Origin: a virus
Lineage: Duplodnaviria > Caudoviricetes
Strand: one strand, 5' to 3'
Virus record (IMG/VR): IMGVR_UViG_3300030059_000930
Coordinates: 1-45,746 of that record
DNA: 45,746 nt
This document shows, piece by piece, positions 10,542 to 20,402 of the stretch. Both the position numbers and the translations under genes were made by a program. The notes under the pieces were generated by a model, which worked only from the letters and a program-made list of their open reading frames with translations, searched no databases and had not been told where the DNA came from. Position 1 is the first letter of the stretch. Each line of letters starts with the position of its first letter.

Positions 10542-12205
10542 TGGCAGGACTTAAAGACTTAGCAGCAAGATTAAGAATGGCAGACGGTGGCGATATTAAA
10601 AAAATGTTGCCTAAAGATTTACGTAAAGCACTTAGAATAGGTAGACCACCAAATGAAGACCCAATTCCGTTTCTACCTCCAGGTCGCAAACCACCTCCTA
10701 ACAGACCTCCAATACGTCCACCATCAATAGGTAAAGACAATCGTATTATAAAAGATTCAGGGTTAGGTGGTTATTTAAACGCTGAACAACTTAGAATGTT
10801 TAGTAACCCACCTTCTCGTAGAGATAGGGCAGGTGAAAAAAACATGTCTGATTTACTTCAACAACAAAAAGATACGTTTGGTTCTATGTTTACTTCAGGT
10901 GGCGGGGGCGGAACTCCGCCACCAATAACTCCGCCACCAATAACTCCGCCACCAATAACTCCGCCACCAAAGTATCCACCACCTGGACCACCACCTATTG
11001 AACCGCCTCCAGGAAGACCACCTATTGAACCGCCTCCAGGAAGACCACCTAGACCACCAGGATTTCCTCCAGGAAAACTACCTATGCCACCAGGAATAAC
11101 ACCGCCTCCAGGATTTCCTCCAGGAAGACCACCTGTGTTACCACCTATTGAGCCACCTATTGGCAGACCACCTATGCCTATTGGTGGTCCAGTTGAGCCA
11201 CCTATTGGCAGACCACCTATGCCACCATCTATCGGTGGTCCAGGTGGAGGAATGATAGATCCTCGATACGAAGAAATGATGAAAAGACTTGAAGAAATGG
11301 AGAATAAATATAAAGACTATACTCCACCGTCTTTTGATGATAGCGAACTTAGAGACCTTATCAATAAAAACAAGGAAGGTATTGGCAGTATTCCAGGCTT
11401 TGATGACAGTGAAATTAGAGATCTTATTAATAAAAACAAGGAAGGTATTGGCAGTATTCCAGGCTTTGATGACAGCGAACTTAGAGATCTTATAGGGGGT
11501 ATTCCAGGCTTTGATGACAGTGAGATTAGAGACCTTATCAATAAAAACAAGGAAGGTATAGGTAATATCCCAGGCTTTGATGACAGTGAGATTAGAGATC
11601 TTATCAATAAAAACAAGGAAGGTATTGGCAGTATTCCAGGTTTTGATGATAGTGAGATTAGAGACCTTATTAATAAAAACAAGGAAGGTATAGGTAATAT
11701 TCCAGGTTATGATGACTCCGACATAAGAGATATGATTGGTAATATTCCAGGTTTTGATGACAGTGAAATACGAGATATGATTGGTAATATCCCAGGCTAT
11801 GATGATAGTGAGATTAGAGATATGATTGGTAATATTCCAGGTTATGATGACTCCGACATAAGAGATCAAATAACTTCAATAGGTCAACGTCCAGGTTATG
11901 ATGACTCAGCTATAAGAGATCAAATAACTTCAATAGGTCAACGTCCAGGTTATGATGATGCAGGTATACGAGATATGATTGCTTCAATTCAAGAAGGTCA
12001 GGAAACTAAAGAAGGTAATTATCGTGAACCAGATAAATATGATGACTCAGAACTGAGAAATATAATTGCTCAACTTCAAGAACAGATGGGCGGTATTGGT
12101 AGTATTGCTCCACCTCCGCCAACTAGAGCACCAAGAAGAGTTAGTGGTATAGAAGCCATGGTTTCTCCAAGAGTTTTAAGAGGTGGCGGAAGGCGTAGAA
12201 ATTAA
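10541..12205 (+). CDS. Proline-rich, tandem-repeat protein (probably virion-associated)
   Basis: 554 aa; polyproline region followed by 13 [FY]DD..[IL]R units; codon-position variation among repeats supports this reading frame. Confidence 0.75.
   Translation: MAGLKDLAARLRMADGGDIKKMLPKDLRKALRIGRPPNEDPIPFLPPGRKPPPNRPPIRPPSIGKDNRIIKDSGLGGYLNAEQLRMFSNPPSRRDRAGEKNMSDLLQQQKDTFGSMFTSGGGGGTPPPITPPPITPPPITPPPKYPPPGPPPIEPPPGRPPIEPPPGRPPRPPGFPPGKLPMPPGITPPPGFPPGRPPVLPPIEPPIGRPPMPIGGPVEPPIGRPPMPPSIGGPGGGMIDPRYEEMMKRLEEMENKYKDYTPPSFDDSELRDLINKNKEGIGSIPGFDDSEIRDLINKNKEGIGSIPGFDDSELRDLIGGIPGFDDSEIRDLINKNKEGIGNIPGFDDSEIRDLINKNKEGIGSIPGFDDSEIRDLINKNKEGIGNIPGYDDSDIRDMIGNIPGFDDSEIRDMIGNIPGYDDSEIRDMIGNIPGYDDSDIRDQITSIGQRPGYDDSAIRDQITSIGQRPGYDDAGIRDMIASIQEGQETKEGNYREPDKYDDSELRNIIAQLQEQMGGIGSIAPPPPTRAPRRVSGIEAMVSPRVLRGGGRRRN
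10913..10969 (+). repeat. 15-bp tandem repeat ACTCCGCCACCAATA (TPPPI), ~4 copies
   Basis: Directly visible in the sequence. Confidence 0.9.
11330..11990 (+). repeat. Coding tandem repeat array of 66-, 45- and 54-bp units
   Basis: Units encode GFDDSEIRDLINKNKEGIGSIP (22 aa), GYDDSEIRDMIGNIP (15 aa) and GYDDSAIRDQITSIGQRP (18 aa). Confidence 0.92.
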
Positions 12206-13647
12206 GTTAACCAATCTTTTAGGTTTTCTTCACCTAGTATTGTACTGGCTATAGATTGTTTTTTACGTAAAGCTTTTACTATCTTTTCATCAACTGTTTT
12301 TTCACAGACAATATCAATATATGTTACTCTATTAGTTTGACCTATACGATGAGCACGGTCTTCTGATTGTAAACGTTTTTCTAAGTCGTAATTATTACTG
12401 TAATAAATAACTGTGCTGGCAGCAGTCAATGTAATTCCGTAACCACCAGTTTGAGTGTTGCCCACAAAAAATCTCATGGGACTATCTGGGTTTTGAAACT
12501 CATTTATAACAAATTCTCTACGTTCTTGAGGTACGTCACCATAATAAGTACCTACTGATTCTGGACCATAAGCATCACTTAGTAATTTTTCTATCTTTAT
12601 TATGTCGTGTCGGTAATTAGCCCAAATGATTGCTTTACCGTCTGTTTCCTCTAAAATAGAGGACAATTCTGACTCTCTTTGATTGGATAACTCGGTAATA
12701 CTACCGTCATCAGTCCCTATGAATCCACATGATATCTGGTGTAAACGTATGATTTGAGTCATGATGTGATTTATAGTAACAAGCTTATTATTTTTTAATT
12801 GAGTGGCTGCAAAGTTCTGTAACTCTTTATAAGCTTTAGATTGTTCAGGTGTCATTTGTATTTCACGACGTATATATATTTTTTCAGGTAGGTCTAAGCA
12901 ATCTTTTTTCAAAACTCTGTGGCTAAACTTACCTAGTGTTTCATTTAACTCTTCTAAATTTTTATAACCTGTCACCATTTTAAAAGTTCTACCATTACCA
13001 GTCATTTCTTTTAAATCTGCATATCTAGCTCTAAATGAAAAATAACTACTGAACCCAAGTAAAGCTGGATCTAGAAACATACACTGACTATATAAATCTA
13101 ATGGACTCTTAGTAATAGGTGAGCCTGTTAGTATCCTTCTGTAGTGTGCGTACTTACCTAACCTTACACAGCTAATAGTACGTTTAGCGGAAGGGTTTTT
13201 TATTGTAGTGCTTTCATCTATGATAAACATAGTTTTATTAGCTTGTATAAATTTATTGGCATACTGACAACCTTTCTTGGTACTAAATGCCTCTATGTTC
13301 ATGACTAGTATCTTTAAGTTATCATCGTATACAAATAGTTTTTCTAAATCTTTAAGAAATTTTTGAGTATGCCCTGCAGTCCACTTAACTATGTCGTATG
13401 CTACGTGGTCGGGTAGGTGTGTTTGTATTTCTTTATTGACCCACGTGCTGTACACACCCTTGGGTGCTACTATTAATATATTATTAACTTTACCTTGACC
13501 ATACAGATGAACAAAGTTATCAATTATTACTTTTGATTTACCACAACCCATCTCCATAAATAGAGCGTACTCTTTCTTATCACAGGATTCTACTAAAGCC
13601 TCTACTTGATGATCATAGGGTTTAGTCTTATAAATAAAGTTGTTCAT
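12202..13647 (-). CDS. SNF2-family (SF2) helicase/ATPase
   Basis: EMGCGKS Walker A, IIDESTTIK, LTGSP, GGYGITLT, QSEDRAHRIGQ motif VI. Confidence 0.93.
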   Translation of the reverse strand: MNNFIYKTKPYDHQVEALVESCDKKEYALFMEMGCGKSKVIIDNFVHLYGQGKVNNILIVAPKGVYSTWVNKEIQTHLPDHVAYDIVKWTAGHTQKFLKDLEKLFVYDDNLKILVMNIEAFSTKKGCQYANKFIQANKTMFIIDESTTIKNPSAKRTISCVRLGKYAHYRRILTGSPITKSPLDLYSQCMFLDPALLGFSSYFSFRARYADLKEMTGNGRTFKMVTGYKNLEELNETLGKFSHRVLKKDCLDLPEKIYIRREIQMTPEQSKAYKELQNFAATQLKNNKLVTINHIMTQIIRLHQISCGFIGTDDGSITELSNQRESELSSILEETDGKAIIWANYRHDIIKIEKLLSDAYGPESVGTYYGDVPQERREFVINEFQNPDSPMRFFVGNTQTGGYGITLTAASTVIYYSNNYDLEKRLQSEDRAHRIGQTNRVTYIDIVCEKTVDEKIVKALRKKQSIASTILGEENLKDWLT

Positions 13648-13934
13648 ATATCTCGTCTCTTATATAAGTAATAGTAAACTAGGTCAGTAAAAATAAAAAG
13701 GTTATTGCACGTTTTAGCTTAATAGCCCCTTAATAGCTTTAGCTAATAGCCCTAAAACCCTCTCTAATACAATCTTTATTCTGTAACCTATTACCGATAT
13801 TACCGTTTACGTAAGTATTTAAAGATTAAACTTTATTAATTTTTAATTACCCCTTATAGTAATAGGTAAGTTAAATAACTATTTATTTAATTACTTAACT
13901 TTCACCTAGTCATATGGGTGAGCCTTAAAAGGTA

Positions 13935-13976
13935 GAGTGAGAGCTCTGGAACTACGCGTAACTCTCACTCGTTTTT
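13935..13976 (+). terminator. Hairpin GAGTGAGAG...CTCTCACTC followed by GTTTTT (terminator/attenuator-like) in the leader of the replication operon
   Basis: 9-bp perfect inverted repeat plus T-run; long loop is atypical for a terminator. Confidence 0.4.
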
Positions 13977-13998
13977 GATAAAAGATAAAAGAGACAAG

Positions 13999-14310
13999 AT
14001 GAGTGTATATATAGTAGAGAAGCCAGGAGATAATAAAAATATTTCTTCCGCTTTAGAATATGGTGACTTCGAATTTATATTAGACAATCGTTCTAATATG
14101 ATGTATAGTCCTGTACCCACAGTAAATAGAATACGTAAAAAACTTCAAGACTTTAGCGACAATGATTACCTATTACTAATAGGTGACCCCGTAGCGATTG
14201 GAGTGTGTATGCATTATGCTTTACTTTATAACCGAAGTAAAGTTAAATTATTAAAGTGGGATAACCGTGACTATAAATATAATACTATAGAGGTAAATAT
14301 AAATGTTTGA
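13999..14310 (+). CDS. Hypothetical phage protein
   Basis: First gene of the replication operon; ATG 13999 preferred over TTG 13975; overlaps the next gene. Confidence 0.7.
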   Translation: MSVYIVEKPGDNKNISSALEYGDFEFILDNRSNMMYSPVPTVNRIRKKLQDFSDNDYLLLIGDPVAIGVCMHYALLYNRSKVKLLKWDNRDYKYNTIEVNINV

Positions 14311-14836
14311 CGACATAAAAACAGAGGTTAGTGAGATCTCTTTAAAGACGCTCACCGAAAAAGCTACAGAGATGATAAGGTTAGAGGAGTTAGTTGAAGA
14401 TAAACAGGCTAGTTTAAAAGCTACCCAAAAAGAATTAAAAATATTAGCTGAGGAAGAAATACCTTCTTTATTAAGTGAAGTAGGACTCAGCGAAATTACT
14501 TTATCTAATGGTGCTAAAATTAGTACCAATGCATATTACTTTGCAAGGATAACAGAACATAACCGTGATGAAGCTTTCACATGGTTACAAGATAATGGAC
14601 ATGGAGATATTATAAAAAATACTGTGTCCGTAAGTTTTGGTAGAGACGAAGACGTCGATGCTGAAAAGCTCTTAACAAACCTTCAAGATGATGGGTTTAC
14701 TACCAGCGGTAAAAAGTGGGTAGAGCCTATGACTCTTAAGGCGTTTGTGAGGGAACAAGTTGAGAATGGTAACGACCTGCCATTGGAAACTTTTAATGTA
14801 TACATAGGTCAAAAAACAAGGATAATTAAAAAATGA
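14303..14836 (+). CDS. Phage coiled-coil protein commonly found next to SSB genes
   Basis: N-terminal coiled coil, AFTWL..NG.GDIIK and VEPMTLKAFVRE motifs; GAGGT RBS. Confidence 0.65.
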   Translation: MFDDIKTEVSEISLKTLTEKATEMIRLEELVEDKQASLKATQKELKILAEEEIPSLLSEVGLSEITLSNGAKISTNAYYFARITEHNRDEAFTWLQDNGHGDIIKNTVSVSFGRDEDVDAEKLLTNLQDDGFTTSGKKWVEPMTLKAFVREQVENGNDLPLETFNVYIGQKTRIIKK

Positions 14837-15603
14837 CAAGTAAAAAAGAACCAAGCGACAATAAAACTACAGACATAGCCATATCGTCAGCTTTCCTAGA
14901 GGATGCTGGTAGTGGGCTAGAGAATATAGGTGCTGATGATGTTACTATACCACGTTTAAAAATACTACAGGCTATGAGTCCTGAAGTTAATAAACACGAT
15001 GGTAAGTATGTTGAAGGTGCTAGTACTGGTGATATCATCAATACTGTAAGTAGTGTGCTCTATAACGATGATAACCCTATGGTAGTATTACCTGTGGCTT
15101 ATAAACGTTTATTCCTAGAGTGGACTCCTAGAGAATCTGGTGGTGGGTTAGTAGCTCAGCACGACGACGCTAATATTTTAAGTAGTACAACTAGAAATAA
15201 AATGGGTCAAGATGTTCTAGAGAATGGTAATTATATTCAAACTTCAGCTACTCACTTTGTGTTAGTAATGAATAAAGAAGGTGGTTATGACACAGCTATG
15301 ATATCTATGGCGGGTACTCAATTAAAAAGGTCTCGTACGTGGAACTCTATGATGGCTAGTGTTAAGATGAAGCAGGGGGATAAAGTATTTACTCCGCCCA
15401 GCTTTAGTCAAAAGTATCAACTAGGTTGTGTACAAGAGTCTAACGACCGTGGTACATGGTTTGGTTGGGGCATAACTGCATTAGGTCAAGTATCTGATAA
15501 CGAGATGACATACTACCAAGCAGCAAAAGACTTTGCTGAGCAAGTAGGTGGCATAAATCTATCCACTGATAAAGTCGGTGGCTCAGAAGACGCACCATTC
15601 TAA
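14833..15603 (+). CDS. Putative single-stranded DNA-binding protein
   Basis: IPRLKILQAMSP N-terminus, beta-rich core, acidic C-terminal tail ending EDAPF typical of SSBs. Confidence 0.6.
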   Translation: MTSKKEPSDNKTTDIAISSAFLEDAGSGLENIGADDVTIPRLKILQAMSPEVNKHDGKYVEGASTGDIINTVSSVLYNDDNPMVVLPVAYKRLFLEWTPRESGGGLVAQHDDANILSSTTRNKMGQDVLENGNYIQTSATHFVLVMNKEGGYDTAMISMAGTQLKRSRTWNSMMASVKMKQGDKVFTPPSFSQKYQLGCVQESNDRGTWFGWGITALGQVSDNEMTYYQAAKDFAEQVGGINLSTDKVGGSEDAPF

Positions 15604-15646
15604 TTAACTAGGGGGAGTAAAATCCCCCGTCCATTTCGGGGAGCAT

Positions 15647-17155
15647 GTGTTGGAATTACACAAAACTTTATACGACATTTTTGAGGGTTCACGTAGAGCA
15701 CATGGTATATTTAATGTCAATCAAAACGGTAATACACAAAAACAACAGGGCGTAGCTAAAACTATTAAAACAGCTGGTCCAACTTCAGAACATTGGCTTT
15801 CGCACTTAGAGGGCAAAAGCGGATTAGGTATCATACCTATCAATGAGGAGAATCAAGTACGTTGGGGTGCTATAGATATAGATACATACCCACTTGATAT
15901 ACCTGAGTTAGTCAAAAAGATTGAATCATTTAAACTACCTTTAGTAGTATGTAGATCAAAAAGTGGTGGTGCACACGTGTTTTGTTTTATAGAAGAGTTT
16001 ATCCCTGCTGGCGACATGCAAGATAAACTTAGAGAATTAGCAGCAGGATTAGGTTACGGTGGAGTAGAAATATTTCCCAAACAAAGAGAAGTTTTAGTAG
16101 ACAGAGGTGACATAGGTAGTTGGTTAAACATGCCATATTTTGAAGGAGAAACTTCAGTAAGATATGGGCATAATCCTAATGGTGTTGCTTTATCCCCTGA
16201 GCAGTTTATAGCTTATGTACGGAGTAAAACTATAACCCATGAAATACTATTAAATTTATCAGTACCAGAAGTTGACGATATAAAAGGTGGACCACCTTGT
16301 CTAAAGACTCTATTGAAACAAGGTTTTCCAGAAGGTACACGTAATAATGGACTATTTAATGTAGGTGTCTATCTTAAACAAGCCACTCCAGATAAATGGG
16401 AAAATCAAATAGAGGAATATAATCGTAAGTATGTAACTCCACCACTACCTGCTCAAGAAGTGCTGACTTTAATCAGCACCCTTAAAAAGAAGGAGTATAA
16501 CTATAAATGCAGTGATGAGCCTATACGTTCTTATTGTGATGCTCAAAAATGTAGAACCTGTAAGTTTGGTGTTGGTCAAGGTAATACAACACCTACTTTT
16601 TCAAGCCTCGCTAAACTAGATGCTACTCCACCACTATGGTTTTTATCTATTGATGATAAGCGTCTAGAATTAACTACCGAAGAGTTACAGAATCAAACTA
16701 AGTTTCAAAGAGTCTGTATGGAAACGCTCAACCTTATGCCACCTAAGACTAATGAACGTGCATGGCAAGCTCAAATACAATCATTGATGGACTCGGGTAT
16801 GGAAATTATTGAAGTTACTTCAGACGTATCTACAGAAGGACAGTTCTTAGAGTTACTTGAATCATTTACTACCGATTTAGCACAAGCCAGTACAAGGGAA
16901 GAAGTATTACTAGGTAAACCTTACAGTGAAGGTGGATACACATATTTTAGAATAAAAGATTTCAGGGAATTCTTAGTTAAGCATAGGTTTACTGAGCTAG
17001 AGACTAATAGAATAGCATCTAAGCTTAGAGACATGAAGGCTCATACTAAGTTCTGGAATTTAAAAGGTAGGGGTACTAACGTCTGGTACATTAAAGAGTT
17101 TGAGTATAAAGAAGACACTTTAGATGGACATAACTTTGAGGAAGATATGATATGA
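15647..17155 (+). CDS. Archaeo-eukaryotic-type primase-polymerase with PriCT-like domain
   Basis: AIDID (motif I), RSKSGGAH (motif II), PPCL...EGTRNNGLF, Cys cluster; GTG start with GGGGAG RBS. Confidence 0.85.
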   Translation: MLELHKTLYDIFEGSRRAHGIFNVNQNGNTQKQQGVAKTIKTAGPTSEHWLSHLEGKSGLGIIPINEENQVRWGAIDIDTYPLDIPELVKKIESFKLPLVVCRSKSGGAHVFCFIEEFIPAGDMQDKLRELAAGLGYGGVEIFPKQREVLVDRGDIGSWLNMPYFEGETSVRYGHNPNGVALSPEQFIAYVRSKTITHEILLNLSVPEVDDIKGGPPCLKTLLKQGFPEGTRNNGLFNVGVYLKQATPDKWENQIEEYNRKYVTPPLPAQEVLTLISTLKKKEYNYKCSDEPIRSYCDAQKCRTCKFGVGQGNTTPTFSSLAKLDATPPLWFLSIDDKRLELTTEELQNQTKFQRVCMETLNLMPPKTNERAWQAQIQSLMDSGMEIIEVTSDVSTEGQFLELLESFTTDLAQASTREEVLLGKPYSEGGYTYFRIKDFREFLVKHRFTELETNRIASKLRDMKAHTKFWNLKGRGTNVWYIKEFEYKEDTLDGHNFEEDMI

Positions 17156-18654
17156 CACCATGGAATATCGTCCTTGGACCACCAGGCACAGGTAAAACCA
17201 CCTACCTTTTAAATACTGTAGAAAAGTTATTTGACTCTGGTATCGGACCACATGAATTAGCATATGTTGCATTTACTAAAAAGGCTGCAACTGAAGCATT
17301 AACTAGGGCTGTAGAGAAGTTCGACTATTCTGAGGATTCTTACACGTACTTTAGAACTATACATTCTTTATGTTATTTTTGGCAGGGTTTAACTAAGTCA
17401 GATATTATGGATCGTAAAGACTTACGTGCGTTTAGTAAGGGCGTAGGTGAAAGGATTAGTAGTGCTTGGGATGGTGAAAATTTAATGGCATTAAACTCTA
17501 AAGGTGACAATATGCTCTTCTTAGAAAACATGGCACGTAACACATGTGTAGATTACCGACGCACATGGCAGTTAGCTAATAGTGATATAAGTTGGATACA
17601 TTTTGATTGGTTTGTTAAAAGTTATACAAACTATAAACAGACTAACTTTTTAATGGATTACACCGACATGTTGTCTGGGTTTTTAGGCATGTCAACCACA
17701 CCTAATTTAAAAGCTTTGATAGTAGATGAAGCTCAGGACTTATCAGCTTTACAATGGAAGTGTGTTCATAAGTTAGCTCAAAACGTAGACCATGTTTATA
17801 TAGCTGGTGATGATGACCAAGCTATATATAAATGGGCAGGTGCAGATACAAATCATTTTATAAACTTAGCAGGCAAAGAAATATATTTAGACCAATCTTA
17901 TAGAGTCCCCAGAAAAGTGCACGACGTAGCTTTAAACATAGTTAGCCGTATAAAACACAGGCGTCAAAAAACATGGATACCTAAAGAAGAAGAAGGTTCA
18001 GTAAATTACCATAAAAGTTTTGAGCACATAGACATATCTGAAGGCGAGTGGTTGATCCTTGCAAGGAATAATTATCTATTGATTAAAGTAGAAGAGCATG
18101 TAAGAAATGCTGGGTATTTCTACACTAAAAGTGGTAAACCTAGTGTTACTGATAATCTAATACAGGCTATAAAAGACTGGGAAAATTTACGTAATGGCAC
18201 GAGTATAGAAGCATACAGAATTAAAAAGATTTACGGCTACATGAAAGCTGGTAAAGGTGTTAAGGTAGGTTTTAAAACTATGAAACAAGCAGACCCAGAA
18301 GCTTTTTTTAATATCAATCAACTTAAAAAAGACTATGGTCTTATGGTAGATGGAATATGGCACGAGTGTTTTGACCTGTTGGGGGATACAAATAAACAAT
18401 ACATTATTAGTGGTTTAAGGAAGGGTGAAAAAGTAAACTCTTCACGAATTAAAATGAATACTATACACGCCACTAAAGGAGGCGAGTGTGATAACGTCAT
18501 ACTTTTAACTGACGTAGCTACCAAAACTTATGACGAGCTTATAAGAAGCCCTGACAACGAGTGCCGAGCGTTTTACGTAGGTGTTACACGGGCTAAACAG
18601 AACCTACACATAGTACAAGGGAGGACTAGAAAAGAGTTTACTATTATGATTTAA
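17152..18654 (+). CDS. UvrD/Rep-family SF1 helicase
   Basis: GPPGTGKT, VDEAQD, GDDDQAIY, QSYR, TIHATKGGE, YVGVTRA. Confidence 0.93.
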   Translation: MTPWNIVLGPPGTGKTTYLLNTVEKLFDSGIGPHELAYVAFTKKAATEALTRAVEKFDYSEDSYTYFRTIHSLCYFWQGLTKSDIMDRKDLRAFSKGVGERISSAWDGENLMALNSKGDNMLFLENMARNTCVDYRRTWQLANSDISWIHFDWFVKSYTNYKQTNFLMDYTDMLSGFLGMSTTPNLKALIVDEAQDLSALQWKCVHKLAQNVDHVYIAGDDDQAIYKWAGADTNHFINLAGKEIYLDQSYRVPRKVHDVALNIVSRIKHRRQKTWIPKEEEGSVNYHKSFEHIDISEGEWLILARNNYLLIKVEEHVRNAGYFYTKSGKPSVTDNLIQAIKDWENLRNGTSIEAYRIKKIYGYMKAGKGVKVGFKTMKQADPEAFFNINQLKKDYGLMVDGIWHECFDLLGDTNKQYIISGLRKGEKVNSSRIKMNTIHATKGGECDNVILLTDVATKTYDELIRSPDNECRAFYVGVTRAKQNLHIVQGRTRKEFTIMI

Positions 18655-18729
18655 CTTTACTTTTACTTTACAAGTAAAGTAAAATTTTAGTAACAAATTA
18701 TAAATAATACTTTACTTTTGAGGAATACC

Positions 18730-19224
18730 ATGAATATATTTTACGTACACAAAGACCCTGTTTATGCAGCAATGTGCTTACCCGATAAACTAGTAGTCAA
18801 GATGCCTCTAGAGTCAGCTCAGATGCTTAGTACTGCACACCGTGTACTTAGTGGTGATGATTACTGTAACGAGCGTGGGCTATATAAAACTGCTCATATC
18901 AATCACCCATGTAGTATATGGGCTAGGGAAACTAGTGAAAACTATCACTGGTTATACTGTCATTTTCTTGCTTTATCTAAGGAGTATGAAAACAGGTACG
19001 GTAGAAAACACCTTAGTTACGTAAAGTTAAAAGACTGCTTATTAGAAATGCCCCTTACTATTAAAGACGGTAACTTAACTCCTATGGCTCAAGCTATGCC
19101 CGACCAGTATAAAAACACTGACCCTGTTAAAGCCTACCGTGATTACGTAGTTAACGAAAAGCATTACGCTCAGTGGAATAAACTACCTGATAGGCAACCA
19201 GACTGGTGGCAACATGCGTCCTAG
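18730..19224 (+). CDS. Pyrimidine-dimer DNA glycosylase/endonuclease V-like protein
   Basis: MNIFY...DKLVVKMPLESAQMLST, H.NHPCSIW, AYRDY motifs; GAGGA RBS before ATG 18730. Confidence 0.7.
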   Translation: MNIFYVHKDPVYAAMCLPDKLVVKMPLESAQMLSTAHRVLSGDDYCNERGLYKTAHINHPCSIWARETSENYHWLYCHFLALSKEYENRYGRKHLSYVKLKDCLLEMPLTIKDGNLTPMAQAMPDQYKNTDPVKAYRDYVVNEKHYAQWNKLPDRQPDWWQHAS

Positions 19225-19546
19225 TAGTGCTAAAGCTAAAGGTCGTAAACTACAGCAATGGTTTGCTAGTAAGTTAGTAGAGATACTAGGTCTTGACCCA
19301 GAGGATTTAGAAAGTAGACCTATGGGTAGTCAAGGTGAGGACATTATAATGGGTAAACAGTCTAGGAACATATTTCCTTATTCAATCGAGTGTAAAAACC
19401 AAGAAGCTGTTAACGTATGGAAAGCCTATGAACAAGCTGAGAGTAATTGTGGTAAATATGAACCACTAGTCGTAATTAAACGTAACCGAAGTAAACCATT
19501 AGTATTAGTAGAAGCGGAATACTTTATTAAACTACATAAGGATTAA
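19214..19546 (+). CDS. PD-(D/E)XK nuclease, Holliday-junction resolvase-like
   Basis: SAKAKGR N-terminus, GEDI...SIECKNQE catalytic motif. Confidence 0.75.
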   Translation: MRPSSAKAKGRKLQQWFASKLVEILGLDPEDLESRPMGSQGEDIIMGKQSRNIFPYSIECKNQEAVNVWKAYEQAESNCGKYEPLVVIKRNRSKPLVLVEAEYFIKLHKD

Positions 19547-19547
19547 C

Positions 19548-20402
19548 ATGACAGATGACATTAATTTAAGGCGTGTACAAGATTTTAATAACTTTATGAT
19601 CGAGCGTCATAACATTTTTATAAAGAAGGAGTTAAACAATGATCCCTATCCATGGAGCGATGATCCTATTCTTACTGAGTACAGCTTTTGTAACGTGTAT
19701 CGTGAGTTAGACAGAGTAACTATCTGGATACGAGAAAACTGGAGAGAGCCACATGCTGACCACCCTAACCTACCTTTTGCTATGGCTATGGCTAGGCAAA
19801 TCAATTGGCCACCCACTTTAGAAGCTATCGGCTTTCCTGATACTTTTGACTCAGAGCGTATTAAAGGTATTATGAAAGAGCGTAAAGATAAAGGTGAGAA
19901 AATTTACACAGGTGCGTATATGTTAACAGGTACATTAGGCGGAACTAAAATAGAACAAACAGTTGACAAAATACTTACACCACTATATGCTAACTATCAC
20001 GGTGATTTTGATTTTAGTAGTATAGAAAACTGTTGGAAAAGTTTTTTACCTTATCCTGGATTTAGTGATTTTATGTCTTACGAGGTAGCTACTGATTTAC
20101 GTCATACTAAATGGTTACGTAACGCACCTGATATCATGACTTGGGCTAATCCTGGACCAGGAGCTATGAGAGGACTTAATAGAATATTCGGTAGAACGTT
20201 AGACAGTAAACAAAAGAAGCCCCTCTTTATACAAGAGATGAGAGACTTACTAGCCTTACTCAATAACACACCATTACCGCTAGAAATGAGAGACATAGAA
20301 CATTGTTTATGCGAGTTTGATAAATATGAGAGGACACGTTTAGGTCAAGGTAGACCACGATCCAGATATAAACCACGTGAATATGAGGAGGACATACTAT
20401 AA
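19548..20402 (+). CDS. aGPT-Pplase clade 1 / 5-hmdU DNA kinase helical-domain family protein (thymidine hypermodification)
   Basis: ERH.I..K....PWS.DPIL..Y.FCNVYRELDR, YTGAY, F.SYEV.TDL, GPGA.RGL, DIEH.LCEFDKY motifs. Confidence 0.8.
   Translation: MTDDINLRRVQDFNNFMIERHNIFIKKELNNDPYPWSDDPILTEYSFCNVYRELDRVTIWIRENWREPHADHPNLPFAMAMARQINWPPTLEAIGFPDTFDSERIKGIMKERKDKGEKIYTGAYMLTGTLGGTKIEQTVDKILTPLYANYHGDFDFSSIENCWKSFLPYPGFSDFMSYEVATDLRHTKWLRNAPDIMTWANPGPGAMRGLNRIFGRTLDSKQKKPLFIQEMRDLLALLNNTPLPLEMRDIEHCLCEFDKYERTRLGQGRPRSRYKPREYEEDIL

Noticed and set aside
2013-10740. Several short antisense ORFs inside large virion genes
   Set aside because: Fully nested opposite strong genes, with no RBS or recognisable motifs
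11138-11869. 243-aa and 121-aa antisense ORFs
   Set aside because: Shadows of the coding repeat on the opposite strand; no RBS or independent motifs
11330-11990. Repeat array as CRISPR
   Set aside because: Units are in-frame multiples of 3 with synonymous variation, have no unique spacers, and no cas operon is present
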